Of a DNA stretch of 64,000 nt, positions 43,363 through 51,919 are shown one piece after another (positions within the stretch are counted from its first letter, which is position 1; each line of letters starts with the position of its first letter). Under the pieces are notes generated by a model. That model ran no database searches. It saw nothing but the letters and a program-made list of their open reading frames with translations, and was not told the origin of the DNA. The stretch is taken from NCBI GenBank assembly GCA_963705985.1, contig CAVPLK010000006.1:115022-179021 (forward strand), in the 5' to 3' direction. Source of the DNA: an uncultured Gemmatimonadales bacterium (lineage in GTDB: Bacteria > Gemmatimonadota > Gemmatimonadetes > Gemmatimonadales > GWC2-71-9). The translations under genes were made by a program, and so were the position numbers.

Positions 43363-43734
43363 GACGAGGACTCCGACGGGCGTCGCGACCCGGACGCGGG
43401 GATTGGCTCGGCTCCGGTCGGAGGCCTGGTGGCGCTCCGTGCGCATCTGTTCCTCCTGACCGAGTGCTTCGAGGGTGGCCGCCATCAGGCGGCCGCGGAC
43501 GCCGGACTCCCGCCGGATTCGGTAGAGCACGAACTGGGCGATCGGCGTGTCCCGCACCAGGTTGGCTTCCTTCAGCACCTTCAGGTGCCGGGAAACCGTC
43601 GGTTGGGGCACGGCAAGGATGGCCTGCAGATCGGATACGAACAGGGGCGCTGCCGCCAGGCAGTTGAGAATGCGGAGCCGAGTCGGCTCCGCGAGCGCCA
43701 CGAGGAGTTCTGTGGTGGACGGGATGGCATTCAT
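43363..43734 (-). CDS. ArsR/SmtB-family winged-helix regulator ORF with no stop codon of its own; it reads in frame into phoB
   Basis: ATG 43734 gives MNAIPSTTELLVALAEPTRLRILNCL..VSDLQAILAVPQPTVSRHLKVLKEANLV (a classic ArsR HTH). The frame stays open through the phoB ATG (listed ORF 42655..43908). Confidence 0.65.
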
Positions 43735-43828
43735 ATGCGCGTAAACGAATATCCGGATGGGCCCGCCGGCGCAAGGGCCTGGGAAACGTGCATTGCGAAA
43801 CCTGCGGGGAAGGGCGGATATTTCCGGG

Positions 43829-46800
43829 ATGCTCCTATCCCTGCTGCTCCTGACCTCCCCTGCTCCGGTCGTCCAGGACTCCGCCCACCTCGTCGTCATC
43901 GCCACCACGGATGTTCATGGCCGGGCGACCGGCTGGGATTACGTGAACGATCGGCCCTGGGCCGGGGGATTGGTCCGGGCGGCGCGCCCGATCGACTCGC
44001 TTCGTGCCGCCTACCCCGGGCAGGTCGTCCTGGTGGACGCCGGCGACCTTCTCCAGGGCGACCCGTTCGCGGCCTACTTCGCCCAGGTCGCACCCCGCGA
44101 TCCGAATCCGATCGTGGATGTGATGAACCAGCTCGGGTACGATGTCGCGACGCCGGGCAATCATGACTTCAACTTCGGGGTCCCGGCACTGCGCGAAATG
44201 CTGCGCCGCGCGTCGTTTCGGGTGGTGAGCGCCAACGTCCTCACGGAACCCTCCGGCGACCCGATGTTCGGTCGGCAGACGGTGTTGCTCCGGCAAGGTG
44301 TCCGCGTCGGGGTCACGGGCTTCACCACGCCCGGCGTCATGATCTGGGACCGAAACAACGTGCGCGGGCAGGTGCGAGTGCAGCGGATCGCCACCACTGC
44401 CCCGCCGGAGATTGGCCGCCTCCGGCAGGACGCTGATTTCGTCATCACCCTGGTCCACAGCGGGATGGACGGCGGGAGCTCGTACGATTCCCTGGGGGTG
44501 GGGCCGGAAAATGTGGCGGCCTCACTCGCCTTCGGGCAGGATCGCCCCGATCTGGTCGTCGTCGGGCATTCACACCGGCAGATGCGGGACTCCGTCCTCA
44601 ACGGCGTCCACTTCATCCAGCCCAAGCCGTATGCGCAGACGTTGGCAGTCGCGCATGTCGACCTGATCCGCGAAGGGGGACGGTGGCGGGTGTCCCGCAT
44701 CCGCGGCGAACAGATCGAACTGGCCGGCCTCGAGCCCTCCGCGGGCCGATTCCGCCGGGTGGCTGAAGCCCAGGACGAAGTGCGGATCTGGGCGGCGACC
44801 CCCCTGGCCGTGGGGACCGCGGCGATGCCGGGCCGGGATGGTCGGGTCGAGGCTGTGCCGCTCACGACCTGGATCAACGAGGTTCAGCGCCAGAAGGCCG
44901 GGACCGATCTCGCGTCGACGGCGGTGTTCGATCCTCGCGCCGGGCTGCCTGCCGGCGAGATCCGTCTCGCCGATGTCGCCGGTGTCTACCCCTATGAGAA
45001 TACCCTCCGGGGCATCCGGATCACCGGCGTGCAACTGGCCGCGTACCTCGAGCAGAGCGCGCGCTACTACACCATGGACTCGACCGGCAAGGCCGGCACC
45101 GATCCGACTATCCCCGGCTACAACTTCGACGTCGTCACCGGGGTGGAATACGAACTGGACCTCTCGCAGCCTGTCGGAAGCCGGGTGCGGGGCCTCCGGG
45201 TAAACGGCCGTGACGTCATTCCCTCGGAGACTTTCACGCTGGCGCTCAACAGCTACCGGCAGGAGGGCGGGGGAGGGTTCGACGCCCTGCGTGGTGCGCC
45301 GGTCGTCTACGATCAGAGCGAGAGCGTCCGCGAACTGCTGGTGGCCGATCTCCGGCGGCGCGGGCAGATCGACCCGGCCCAGTTTGGCGTCCGGAACTGG
45401 CGGATCGCCCCGCCCGCCGCGCTGACATCGGCCAGGTTGCTGACCCGGCCCCCGGTCCGGGACACGCTGCAGCTGCGAATCCTGACCATCAACGACTTCC
45501 ACGGCGCGCTCGAGCCCAGGGTGTACGGCTGGTCGGACGGCCGGTTGGTCGGGGGAGCGGCGGCGGTGGACGCCACGATGGACTCGCTGGCCGCCCGCTG
45601 CAAGTGCACCACGCTTCGACTGGATGGCGGCGACGAAATGCAGGGCACGCTGCCGTCGAACCTGACGTACGGAAAGACGACCATCGAGGCGTTCGACTTG
45701 ATGGGGATCCAGGCGGCCACCATCGGCAACCACGACTTCGACTGGTCGGTGGACACGCTGCGTGCGCGCATGCGGGAGTCCGACTACCCCTGGGTATCCG
45801 CCAACGTCTTCGACTCCCTGACCGGCAACCGCCCGGCGTGGGCCACCCCGTGGCGGATGGTCCGGGCCGGGCCGTACCAGGTGGCGGTGGTCGGGTTCAT
45901 CACCAGTGAGACGAAGCAGATTGTGGCGCCGCAGAACATCGCCGGCCTGACATTCGGCGCGGGGTATGAGTCGATCAAGGATGCCATTGCCGAGGCGCGC
46001 GCCGCCAATCCCGACTTCCTCGTGCTCCTGACTCACTCCGGCGGCCGGTGCGATTCGCTGGCCTGTGCCGGAGAGATCTTCGACATGGCGCAGTCACTGC
46101 CGCCGGGCGTGGTGGACGTCATCGTCTCCGGGCACAGCCACACGCTGCTCGACACGGAACGCAACGGTGTCCCGATCGTGCAGGCCCGGAGCAACGGCTC
46201 CGCGGTTGGCATCGTGGACATCATCCGGACCGCCGAGGGCGGCCGGAAGATTGACGTGGACGTCCAGACGGTCTGGGTGGACCAGGTCACGCCCGACTCG
46301 GCGCTCGCGGCGCTCGTGTCCCGTTCGGCGCGCGTGACCGACAGCCTGGCACAGCGGCTCATCACCGAGATCGCCCTGCCGCTTCCGCGCACCGGCGGCC
46401 AATACCCGCTCGGCAACCTGATCGCGGACGCCTTCCGCAATGTGCTTCGAGCGGACGTCGCCCTCGTCAACAACGGCGGGATTCGCGCGGACGTCGCCGC
46501 CGGGCCGCTGACCTTCGGGCAGCTGTTCACCTTGATGCCGTTCCAAAACGAGGCCGTGACGGTGACCGTGACCGGAGCCCAGTTGCGGCAGGCGGTGGAG
46601 CAGGGCATCCACGACTCGGGACCCGACGCCCACGTGTCCGGCATGCGGGTGACGTACGACATGCGCCGGCCCGCCGGCCAGCGGGTGCGCGACATCCGGC
46701 TCGCCAACGGCAAGAAGCTCCGCGACAAGGAGCACTACACTCTCGCGGTGAACTCGTTCGTGGCCGACGGCCAGGACGGCTTCACGGTGCTCCGTGGCCT

Positions 46801-46912
46801 GCCGCGCACTTCCGGCGCCATGAGCGACATCGCCCTCATGGAACTCTACCTCCGCCGCCTGCCGCGCCCCGTCCGCCCGCCGGAGGATGCCCGGTTCATT
46901 CCCTCGCGATGA
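43829..46912 (+). CDS. Secreted tandem-duplicated 5'-nucleotidase / metallophosphoesterase (two UshA-like modules)
   Basis: Signal MLLSLLLLTSPAP at ATG 43829. Module 1 has ATTDVHG, GNHDFNFG and VVGHSH. Module 2 has TINDFHG, GNHDFDW and VSGHSH. Each module is followed by a 5'-nucleotidase C-terminal-like region. Confidence 0.85.
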   Translation: MLLSLLLLTSPAPVVQDSAHLVVIATTDVHGRATGWDYVNDRPWAGGLVRAARPIDSLRAAYPGQVVLVDAGDLLQGDPFAAYFAQVAPRDPNPIVDVMNQLGYDVATPGNHDFNFGVPALREMLRRASFRVVSANVLTEPSGDPMFGRQTVLLRQGVRVGVTGFTTPGVMIWDRNNVRGQVRVQRIATTAPPEIGRLRQDADFVITLVHSGMDGGSSYDSLGVGPENVAASLAFGQDRPDLVVVGHSHRQMRDSVLNGVHFIQPKPYAQTLAVAHVDLIREGGRWRVSRIRGEQIELAGLEPSAGRFRRVAEAQDEVRIWAATPLAVGTAAMPGRDGRVEAVPLTTWINEVQRQKAGTDLASTAVFDPRAGLPAGEIRLADVAGVYPYENTLRGIRITGVQLAAYLEQSARYYTMDSTGKAGTDPTIPGYNFDVVTGVEYELDLSQPVGSRVRGLRVNGRDVIPSETFTLALNSYRQEGGGGFDALRGAPVVYDQSESVRELLVADLRRRGQIDPAQFGVRNWRIAPPAALTSARLLTRPPVRDTLQLRILTINDFHGALEPRVYGWSDGRLVGGAAAVDATMDSLAARCKCTTLRLDGGDEMQGTLPSNLTYGKTTIEAFDLMGIQAATIGNHDFDWSVDTLRARMRESDYPWVSANVFDSLTGNRPAWATPWRMVRAGPYQVAVVGFITSETKQIVAPQNIAGLTFGAGYESIKDAIAEARAANPDFLVLLTHSGGRCDSLACAGEIFDMAQSLPPGVVDVIVSGHSHTLLDTERNGVPIVQARSNGSAVGIVDIIRTAEGGRKIDVDVQTVWVDQVTPDSALAALVSRSARVTDSLAQRLITEIALPLPRTGGQYPLGNLIADAFRNVLRADVALVNNGGIRADVAAGPLTFGQLFTLMPFQNEAVTVTVTGAQLRQAVEQGIHDSGPDAHVSGMRVTYDMRRPAGQRVRDIRLANGKKLRDKEHYTLAVNSFVADGQDGFTVLRGLPRTSGAMSDIALMELYLRRLPRPVRPPEDARFIPSR

Positions 46913-47151
46913 CGGACACCATTCCGGTTTTCGTCAACGGGCATCGCGTCCTGCTGCCCCGGGGAGGGACGGCCGCCATGGCGGCGGCCCAGGACGATCC
47001 CACCCTCTCCGCCCGCCCTGCTGCGGCGGCGATGACGATCACCGATGCGCGGGGATTGCCGGTGCCGCCCGACACCGTGCTCGTGAGCGGTGCCATCCTG
47101 CGGGTGGCCGCGAGCGCCAGGCGCGTCGGCGGGGCCGATGCTGACGCCTGA
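46909..47151 (+). CDS. Small hypothetical protein (80 aa), translationally coupled on both sides
   Basis: The ATG overlaps the nucleotidase stop (ATGA), and the 3' end overlaps the add start by 14 nt. The sequence is MTDTIPVFVNGHRVLLPRGGTAAMAA.., with no cysteines. Confidence 0.4.
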   Translation: MTDTIPVFVNGHRVLLPRGGTAAMAAAQDDPTLSARPAAAAMTITDARGLPVPPDTVLVSGAILRVAASARRVGGADADA

Positions 47152-48163
47152 CGTCTTCCGCCGGCTCCCCAAGGCGGAGCTGCATGTCCACCTCGACGGC
47201 TCGTTGCGGCCCTCGACCATGGTCGAGCTGGCGACTGCGGCGCGGGTCGAGCTCCCGACGCGGGACGCCGACGCCTTGCGACGCTACATGCTCGTCGACG
47301 ACGCCGGCAGCCTCGAGGACTACCTCCGCCGGTTCGACGTGACCATCGCCCTGCTGCAAACCCCCGAGGCCCTCGAGCGGGTCGCGTATGAAATGGTGGA
47401 GGATGCGGCGGCCGACCATCTCCGGCTGCTCGAGGTGCGGTACTGCCCGGAGTTGAGCACCCGGGGCGGGCTCTCCCTCGATGACGTGATCGCGGCGGAA
47501 TGGCGGGGGCTGTCACGGGGCGCGCGGGACTTCGGCGTGCGCGTCGGCATCATCAACTGCTCGCTCCGGCACTATGAGCCGGAGGTGTCGGTGCGCATCG
47601 CGGAGCGGTCGGTCGCGAACCGCGGCCACGGCGTGATCGGCTTCGACCTGGCCGGCGGGGAGCACGGACGGCCGCCCAGTCTGCACCGCGCCGCCTTCGA
47701 CACGGCGCTGGCCGGGGGCCTCGGGATTACCGTCCACGCCGGGGAGGCGGCCGGCGCCGACTCGGTGGCCGACGCCATTCGCGCCTGCCACGCCAACCGC
47801 ATCGGTCACGGGACGCGACTCGCGGAAGATCCGGCCCTGCAGGATTACGTGCGGGACCGGCGGATCCTCATCGAAACCAACCTCAGCAGCAATCTGCAGA
47901 CCCGCGCCGTGGCGCGGATCGCCGACCATCCGGTCCGACGGTACTTCGACGCCGGGCTCAACGTGACGCTGTGCACCGACAGTTGGCTGATGAGCGGCAC
48001 CACGTTGTCGCACGAATACTGGCTGGCCCATACGGAGCTTGGCTTCTCTCGCGAGGAGATCGACCGGATGATCCTGAACGCGTTCGCTTCGTCCTTCCTG
48101 CCCTGGCCCGACCGGCAGGCGCTCCTTGCTGAGGTGGGCGCCGAACTCGAGGCCGCTCGATGA
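47138..48163 (+). CDS. add: Adenosine deaminase family protein
   Basis: MLTPDVFRRLPKAELHVHLDGS.. (metal-binding HxH), GFDLAGGE, TVHAGE, RIGHG. I chose ATG 47138 over the listed 47090. Confidence 0.8.
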   Translation: MLTPDVFRRLPKAELHVHLDGSLRPSTMVELATAARVELPTRDADALRRYMLVDDAGSLEDYLRRFDVTIALLQTPEALERVAYEMVEDAAADHLRLLEVRYCPELSTRGGLSLDDVIAAEWRGLSRGARDFGVRVGIINCSLRHYEPEVSVRIAERSVANRGHGVIGFDLAGGEHGRPPSLHRAAFDTALAGGLGITVHAGEAAGADSVADAIRACHANRIGHGTRLAEDPALQDYVRDRRILIETNLSSNLQTRAVARIADHPVRRYFDAGLNVTLCTDSWLMSGTTLSHEYWLAHTELGFSREEIDRMILNAFASSFLPWPDRQALLAEVGAELEAAR

Positions 48164-49542
48164 CCACGCTCGCCCTCCTGCAGACCGCGTCGGAGCGGCT
48201 GGTCGCGGCTCAGGCCGGCCTGGACACGCCGATGTCGAGCCGGTTGATGGGCCTCGTCGGGATCGCCACGATGATCGGGCTGGCCGTCCTGCTCTCCTAC
48301 GACCGGAAGAAGATCGACTGGCGGCTGGTGTTCACCGGCCTCGGACTGCAGGCGCTCTTCGGGATCCTCGTGCTGAAAACCGGCCCCGGGAAGGCGGTGT
48401 TCCATTTCGCGGGGAAGGCCATCACCGGCCTGCTCGGCTTTCAGGAGCAGGGCGCCCGCTTCGTCTTCGGCAACCTGGTGCAGTCCACGGTCCCGGTCGG
48501 GGTGCCCGGACCCGGCGGCAGCCTCGACACCACGGCGGGGTTCGTCGCCAACACCGGGGCGTACTTCGCCTTCAACGTGCTGCCCACCATCATCTTCTTT
48601 TCCGCCCTGATGTCGGTGCTGTACTACCTCGGCATCATGCAGATGATCGTCAAGGGAATCGCCTGGGTGATGCAGAAGACGCTGCGCACCTCCGGGGCGG
48701 AGACCCTGTCGGCCGCCGGCAACATCTTCCTCGGCCAGACGGAAGCACCCCTTCTCATCAAACCGTTCGTGAAGACGTTCACCTCCTCCGAACTCAACAC
48801 CGTCATGGTGGGCGGGTTCGCAACGGTGGCGGGCGGCGTGCTGGCCGCGTTCGTCGGCATGCTGCAGGGGTCGTTTCCGGACATCGCCGCGCACCTGCTG
48901 GCAGCCAGCGTCATGAACGCGCCCGCCGGGCTCATTCTCTCCAAGATCATCCGGCCGGAGGTCGGCGAGCCGCTCACCAAGGGCTCGCTCAAGATGGACA
49001 TCGAGCGGACGGAGTCGAACGTCATCGACGCCGCGGCGGGTGGCGCGGCACAGGGCGTCCAGCTGGCCATTAACGTCGCGGCCATGCTCATGGCCTTCGT
49101 GGCCCTGGTGGCGATGATCAATTTCGGGCTGCAGTGGTTCGGGTCGTCGGTCCTCCATCTCACCGGAACCCCGCTGAGCCTGCAGTACCTCCTGGGCCAG
49201 CTGCTGCGCCCGCTCACCTGGGTGATGGGGGTCCCCTGGGCCGACAGCACGTATGTCGGCGGGCTCATCGGCATCAAGGCGTCGCTGAACGAGTTCGTCG
49301 CCTACGCCCAGTTTTCCAGCGACCTGGGAAGCGGCATCACGCTGGCCCCCCGGAGCGCCATTATCACCACCTACGCGCTCCTCGGATTTGCCAACTTTTC
49401 GTCGATCGCGATCCAGATCGGTGGGATCGGTGGGTTGGCCCCGGAGCGGCGCGGCGAAATCGCCACGTTGGGGCTGCGGGCCATGATCGCGGGCAACCTG
49501 GCCGCGTTCATGTCGGCGTCCCTCGCCGGGATGCTGGTCTGA
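48160..49542 (+). CDS. nupC: NupC/CNT-family concentrative nucleoside transporter
   Basis: 460 aa, polytopic. IDWRLVFTGLGLQALFGILVLKT, GNIFLGQTEAPLLIKPF and LCGFANFSSIAIQIGG-like (LLGFANFSSIAIQIGGIGG) motifs. The ATG overlaps the add stop. Confidence 0.88.
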   Translation: MTTLALLQTASERLVAAQAGLDTPMSSRLMGLVGIATMIGLAVLLSYDRKKIDWRLVFTGLGLQALFGILVLKTGPGKAVFHFAGKAITGLLGFQEQGARFVFGNLVQSTVPVGVPGPGGSLDTTAGFVANTGAYFAFNVLPTIIFFSALMSVLYYLGIMQMIVKGIAWVMQKTLRTSGAETLSAAGNIFLGQTEAPLLIKPFVKTFTSSELNTVMVGGFATVAGGVLAAFVGMLQGSFPDIAAHLLAASVMNAPAGLILSKIIRPEVGEPLTKGSLKMDIERTESNVIDAAAGGAAQGVQLAINVAAMLMAFVALVAMINFGLQWFGSSVLHLTGTPLSLQYLLGQLLRPLTWVMGVPWADSTYVGGLIGIKASLNEFVAYAQFSSDLGSGITLAPRSAIITTYALLGFANFSSIAIQIGGIGGLAPERRGEIATLGLRAMIAGNLAAFMSASLAGMLV

Positions 49543-50354
49543 TGACGGCCCCGCTGGCCGCGGCGGTGGCGGCCGTGCGGAGTCGGCTCGGCACCCGTGC
49601 GCCCGAGACCGCCATCGTCCTCGGGTCGGGCCTCGGCGGCCTGGCCGATCGCCTGACCGATCCGGTGCGGATTTCCTATGTCGACATTCCGGGGTTCCAT
49701 CTGCCAACGGTGGAAGGACATCGCGGGGAGTTGGTGGCAGGCATGCTGGCGGGCCGGCCGGTCGTGGCGCAGAGCGGCCGCTTTCACTTGTATGAAGGAC
49801 ATGAGGCCCATGTCGCCGCGCTCCCGGCGCGGCTCTTCGGCGAGCTCGGCGTGACGACCTTCGTCGTGACCAACGCCGCTGGGGGAGTGCGGCCTGATTT
49901 CCGGCCGGGCACCCTGATGCTCATCTCCGACCACCTCAACCTGACCGGTCGCAACCCGTTGGTCGGGCCGGGCGTCGCGGGCGAGCCGCGATTCCCCGAC
50001 ATGTCCGCCGCCTACGACCCCGCGCTCCGCGCGCTCGCGCTGGAGGTCGCTCGTGATCGGGGGATCCAGCTGGAGCAGGGCATCTACGCCGCCCTGCTCG
50101 GGCCGAGCTACGAGACCCCGGCCGAGATCCGGATGCTGCGGACCCTGGGCGCCGACGCCGTGGGAATGAGCACCGTCCCGGAAGTGATCGTGGCGAACGC
50201 GCGCGGAATGCGGTGCCTGGGCATTTCCACCGTCACCAACGCCGCGGCGGGGGTGTCAGGTGCCAAGCTCAGTCACGCCGAGGTCATGGAGACGGCCGCA
50301 CAGGTCGGGCAACGCCTGGGCGACCTGATCGAAGGGATCGTGGCGCGGCTCTAG
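49542..50354 (+). CDS. punA: Purine nucleoside phosphorylase (trimeric PNP/PunA type)
   Basis: IVLGSGLGGLAD.., TVEGHRGELV, GRFHLYEGH, VTNAAGG, MSTVPEVIVA. I placed the start at ATG 49542, which overlaps the nupC stop by 1 nt (TGATG). Confidence 0.88.
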   Translation: MTAPLAAAVAAVRSRLGTRAPETAIVLGSGLGGLADRLTDPVRISYVDIPGFHLPTVEGHRGELVAGMLAGRPVVAQSGRFHLYEGHEAHVAALPARLFGELGVTTFVVTNAAGGVRPDFRPGTLMLISDHLNLTGRNPLVGPGVAGEPRFPDMSAAYDPALRALALEVARDRGIQLEQGIYAALLGPSYETPAEIRMLRTLGADAVGMSTVPEVIVANARGMRCLGISTVTNAAAGVSGAKLSHAEVMETAAQVGQRLGDLIEGIVARL

Positions 50355-51133
50355 ACGCCGTGATGCAACGGCCCATGCCCGCCGCCGAGTCCGGGCGCCG
50401 CGACCAGGCCGCGTTGGACGTAGGCGATGCCGTCGGATACCGCCGTTTCCAATGGACGCCCGAGTGCCAGCCCGGCGGTGATAGCCGCGGAAAGTGTGCA
50501 TCCCGTGCCATGGGTGGAAGTCGTCGGCACGCGACGATGTTCGTAGCGCCGGGTGACCGCTGAAGTGACCAGCAGATCCACCAGCATCTCGTCGGCCAGG
50601 TGACCGCCCTTGACGAGCACCGCGCCGGCACCGAGTCCGAGTATCCTGCGACCTGCGCGCTCCATCGAGTCCTCGTCCTGGACCTGCATCTCGGCCAGGA
50701 TGGCCGCCTCTTCGAGGTTGGGCGTGACCACGGTGGCCAGTGGCAACAGCGACTCCCGGATCACCCCCTCGGCGTTCGCGTCGAGCAGCCGGTCCCCCGA
50801 TGTGGCCACCATCACCGGATCCACGACGAGCCGGGACCAGCCGTACCCGCGGATCGCGTCCGCCACCTGGCGCACGAGGGCGCCGGTCGCGAGCATCCCG
50901 GTCTTCAGCGCGGCGGGGGGAAGGTCCTCCGCGAGGGCGTCCAGCTGGTCGGTGACCATGTTGGCGGGTACCGCGTGCACTGAACGCACGCCGCGGGTAT
51001 TCTGCGCGGTGAGGGCGACGACGACCGAGGTGCCGTAGACGCCGAACTGGTGGAAGGTCTTGAGGTCGGCCTGGATGCCGGCCCCGCCGCCGGAGTCGGA
51101 GCCGGCGATGGTCAAGGCGATCTGCATCTTCAT
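50351..51133 (-). CDS. thiD: Hydroxymethylpyrimidine/phosphomethylpyrimidine kinase
   Basis: [27 protein letters not shown].. and the C-terminal [10 protein letters not shown] motif. I chose ATG 51133 over the listed 51280. Confidence 0.9.
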   Translation of the reverse strand: MKMQIALTIAGSDSGGGAGIQADLKTFHQFGVYGTSVVVALTAQNTRGVRSVHAVPANMVTDQLDALAEDLPPAALKTGMLATGALVRQVADAIRGYGWSRLVVDPVMVATSGDRLLDANAEGVIRESLLPLATVVTPNLEEAAILAEMQVQDEDSMERAGRRILGLGAGAVLVKGGHLADEMLVDLLVTSAVTRRYEHRRVPTTSTHGTGCTLSAAITAGLALGRPLETAVSDGIAYVQRGLVAAPGLGGGHGPLHHGV

Positions 51134-51151
51134 CCTGTCAGGAGTGTGGCT

Positions 51152-51919
51152 GTGGCTGGTGTCGAGACACTGATCCGCGATTTGCGCCTGCGGCGGGGCC
51201 GCGAACGCCGTGGCCTGGCCCTGGCCGAGGGGGTGCGGCTCGTCGAGGAGGCGCTGGACGCCCGCGTCATCCTGCGCCACGCGGTCGTTTCACCTGCGCT
51301 GGAAGCTACCCCACGGGGCGCGGCCCTCAAAACCGCCCTCGTGGCCGCCGGCGTTCCACTGGTGGAAATGGATGACCGCGCCCTGGCCGGACTCGCCGAC
51401 ACAGAGCATCCACAGGGTGTCATCGCCGTGTTCGAGCCCCCATCGTGGACCCTCGACATGCTCACCCCCCGCGCCGGCGAGGTCGTCGTCGTGCTGGACG
51501 GAGTGCAGGACCCAGGCAACGTCGGCGCCATCGCGCGCACGGCATTAGGCCTCGGCGCCACCGGGTTAATCGCCCTCAAGGGCACGGCGGAGCTGACCAA
51601 TCCCAAGGTAGTGCGCGGGTCGATGGGGGCGCTGTTCCGCTTCCCCGCGGTCTCCGCCACCGACGCCGAGTGCCTGGCCTGGGCCCGGCGAGTCGGCGCC
51701 GCGCTCTGGGTGACGGACAGCAGGGGCGAACATCCGGGCGGGCAGCGCCTGACGGCCCCCGTGGCGCTGGTGCTGGGCAACGAAGGCGCCGGCGTTCGGG
51801 CGGAAATCGAGCGGGAGGCGAGTCGGCGACTCGCGATCCCCTTGGCGGCGGGCGTCGAATCTCTTAACGTGGCGGTGGCGGCGGGGATCCTCCTCTACGA
51901 GGTGCGGCGTGACGCTTGA
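51152..51919 (+). CDS. TrmH/SpoU-family RNA 2'-O-methyltransferase
   Basis: SpoU motifs [28 protein letters not shown] and [25 protein letters not shown] 51152 is preceded by AGGAG at a 7-nt spacing. Confidence 0.8.
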   Translation: MAGVETLIRDLRLRRGRERRGLALAEGVRLVEEALDARVILRHAVVSPALEATPRGAALKTALVAAGVPLVEMDDRALAGLADTEHPQGVIAVFEPPSWTLDMLTPRAGEVVVVLDGVQDPGNVGAIARTALGLGATGLIALKGTAELTNPKVVRGSMGALFRFPAVSATDAECLAWARRVGAALWVTDSRGEHPGGQRLTAPVALVLGNEGAGVRAEIEREASRRLAIPLAAGVESLNVAVAAGILLYEVRRDA

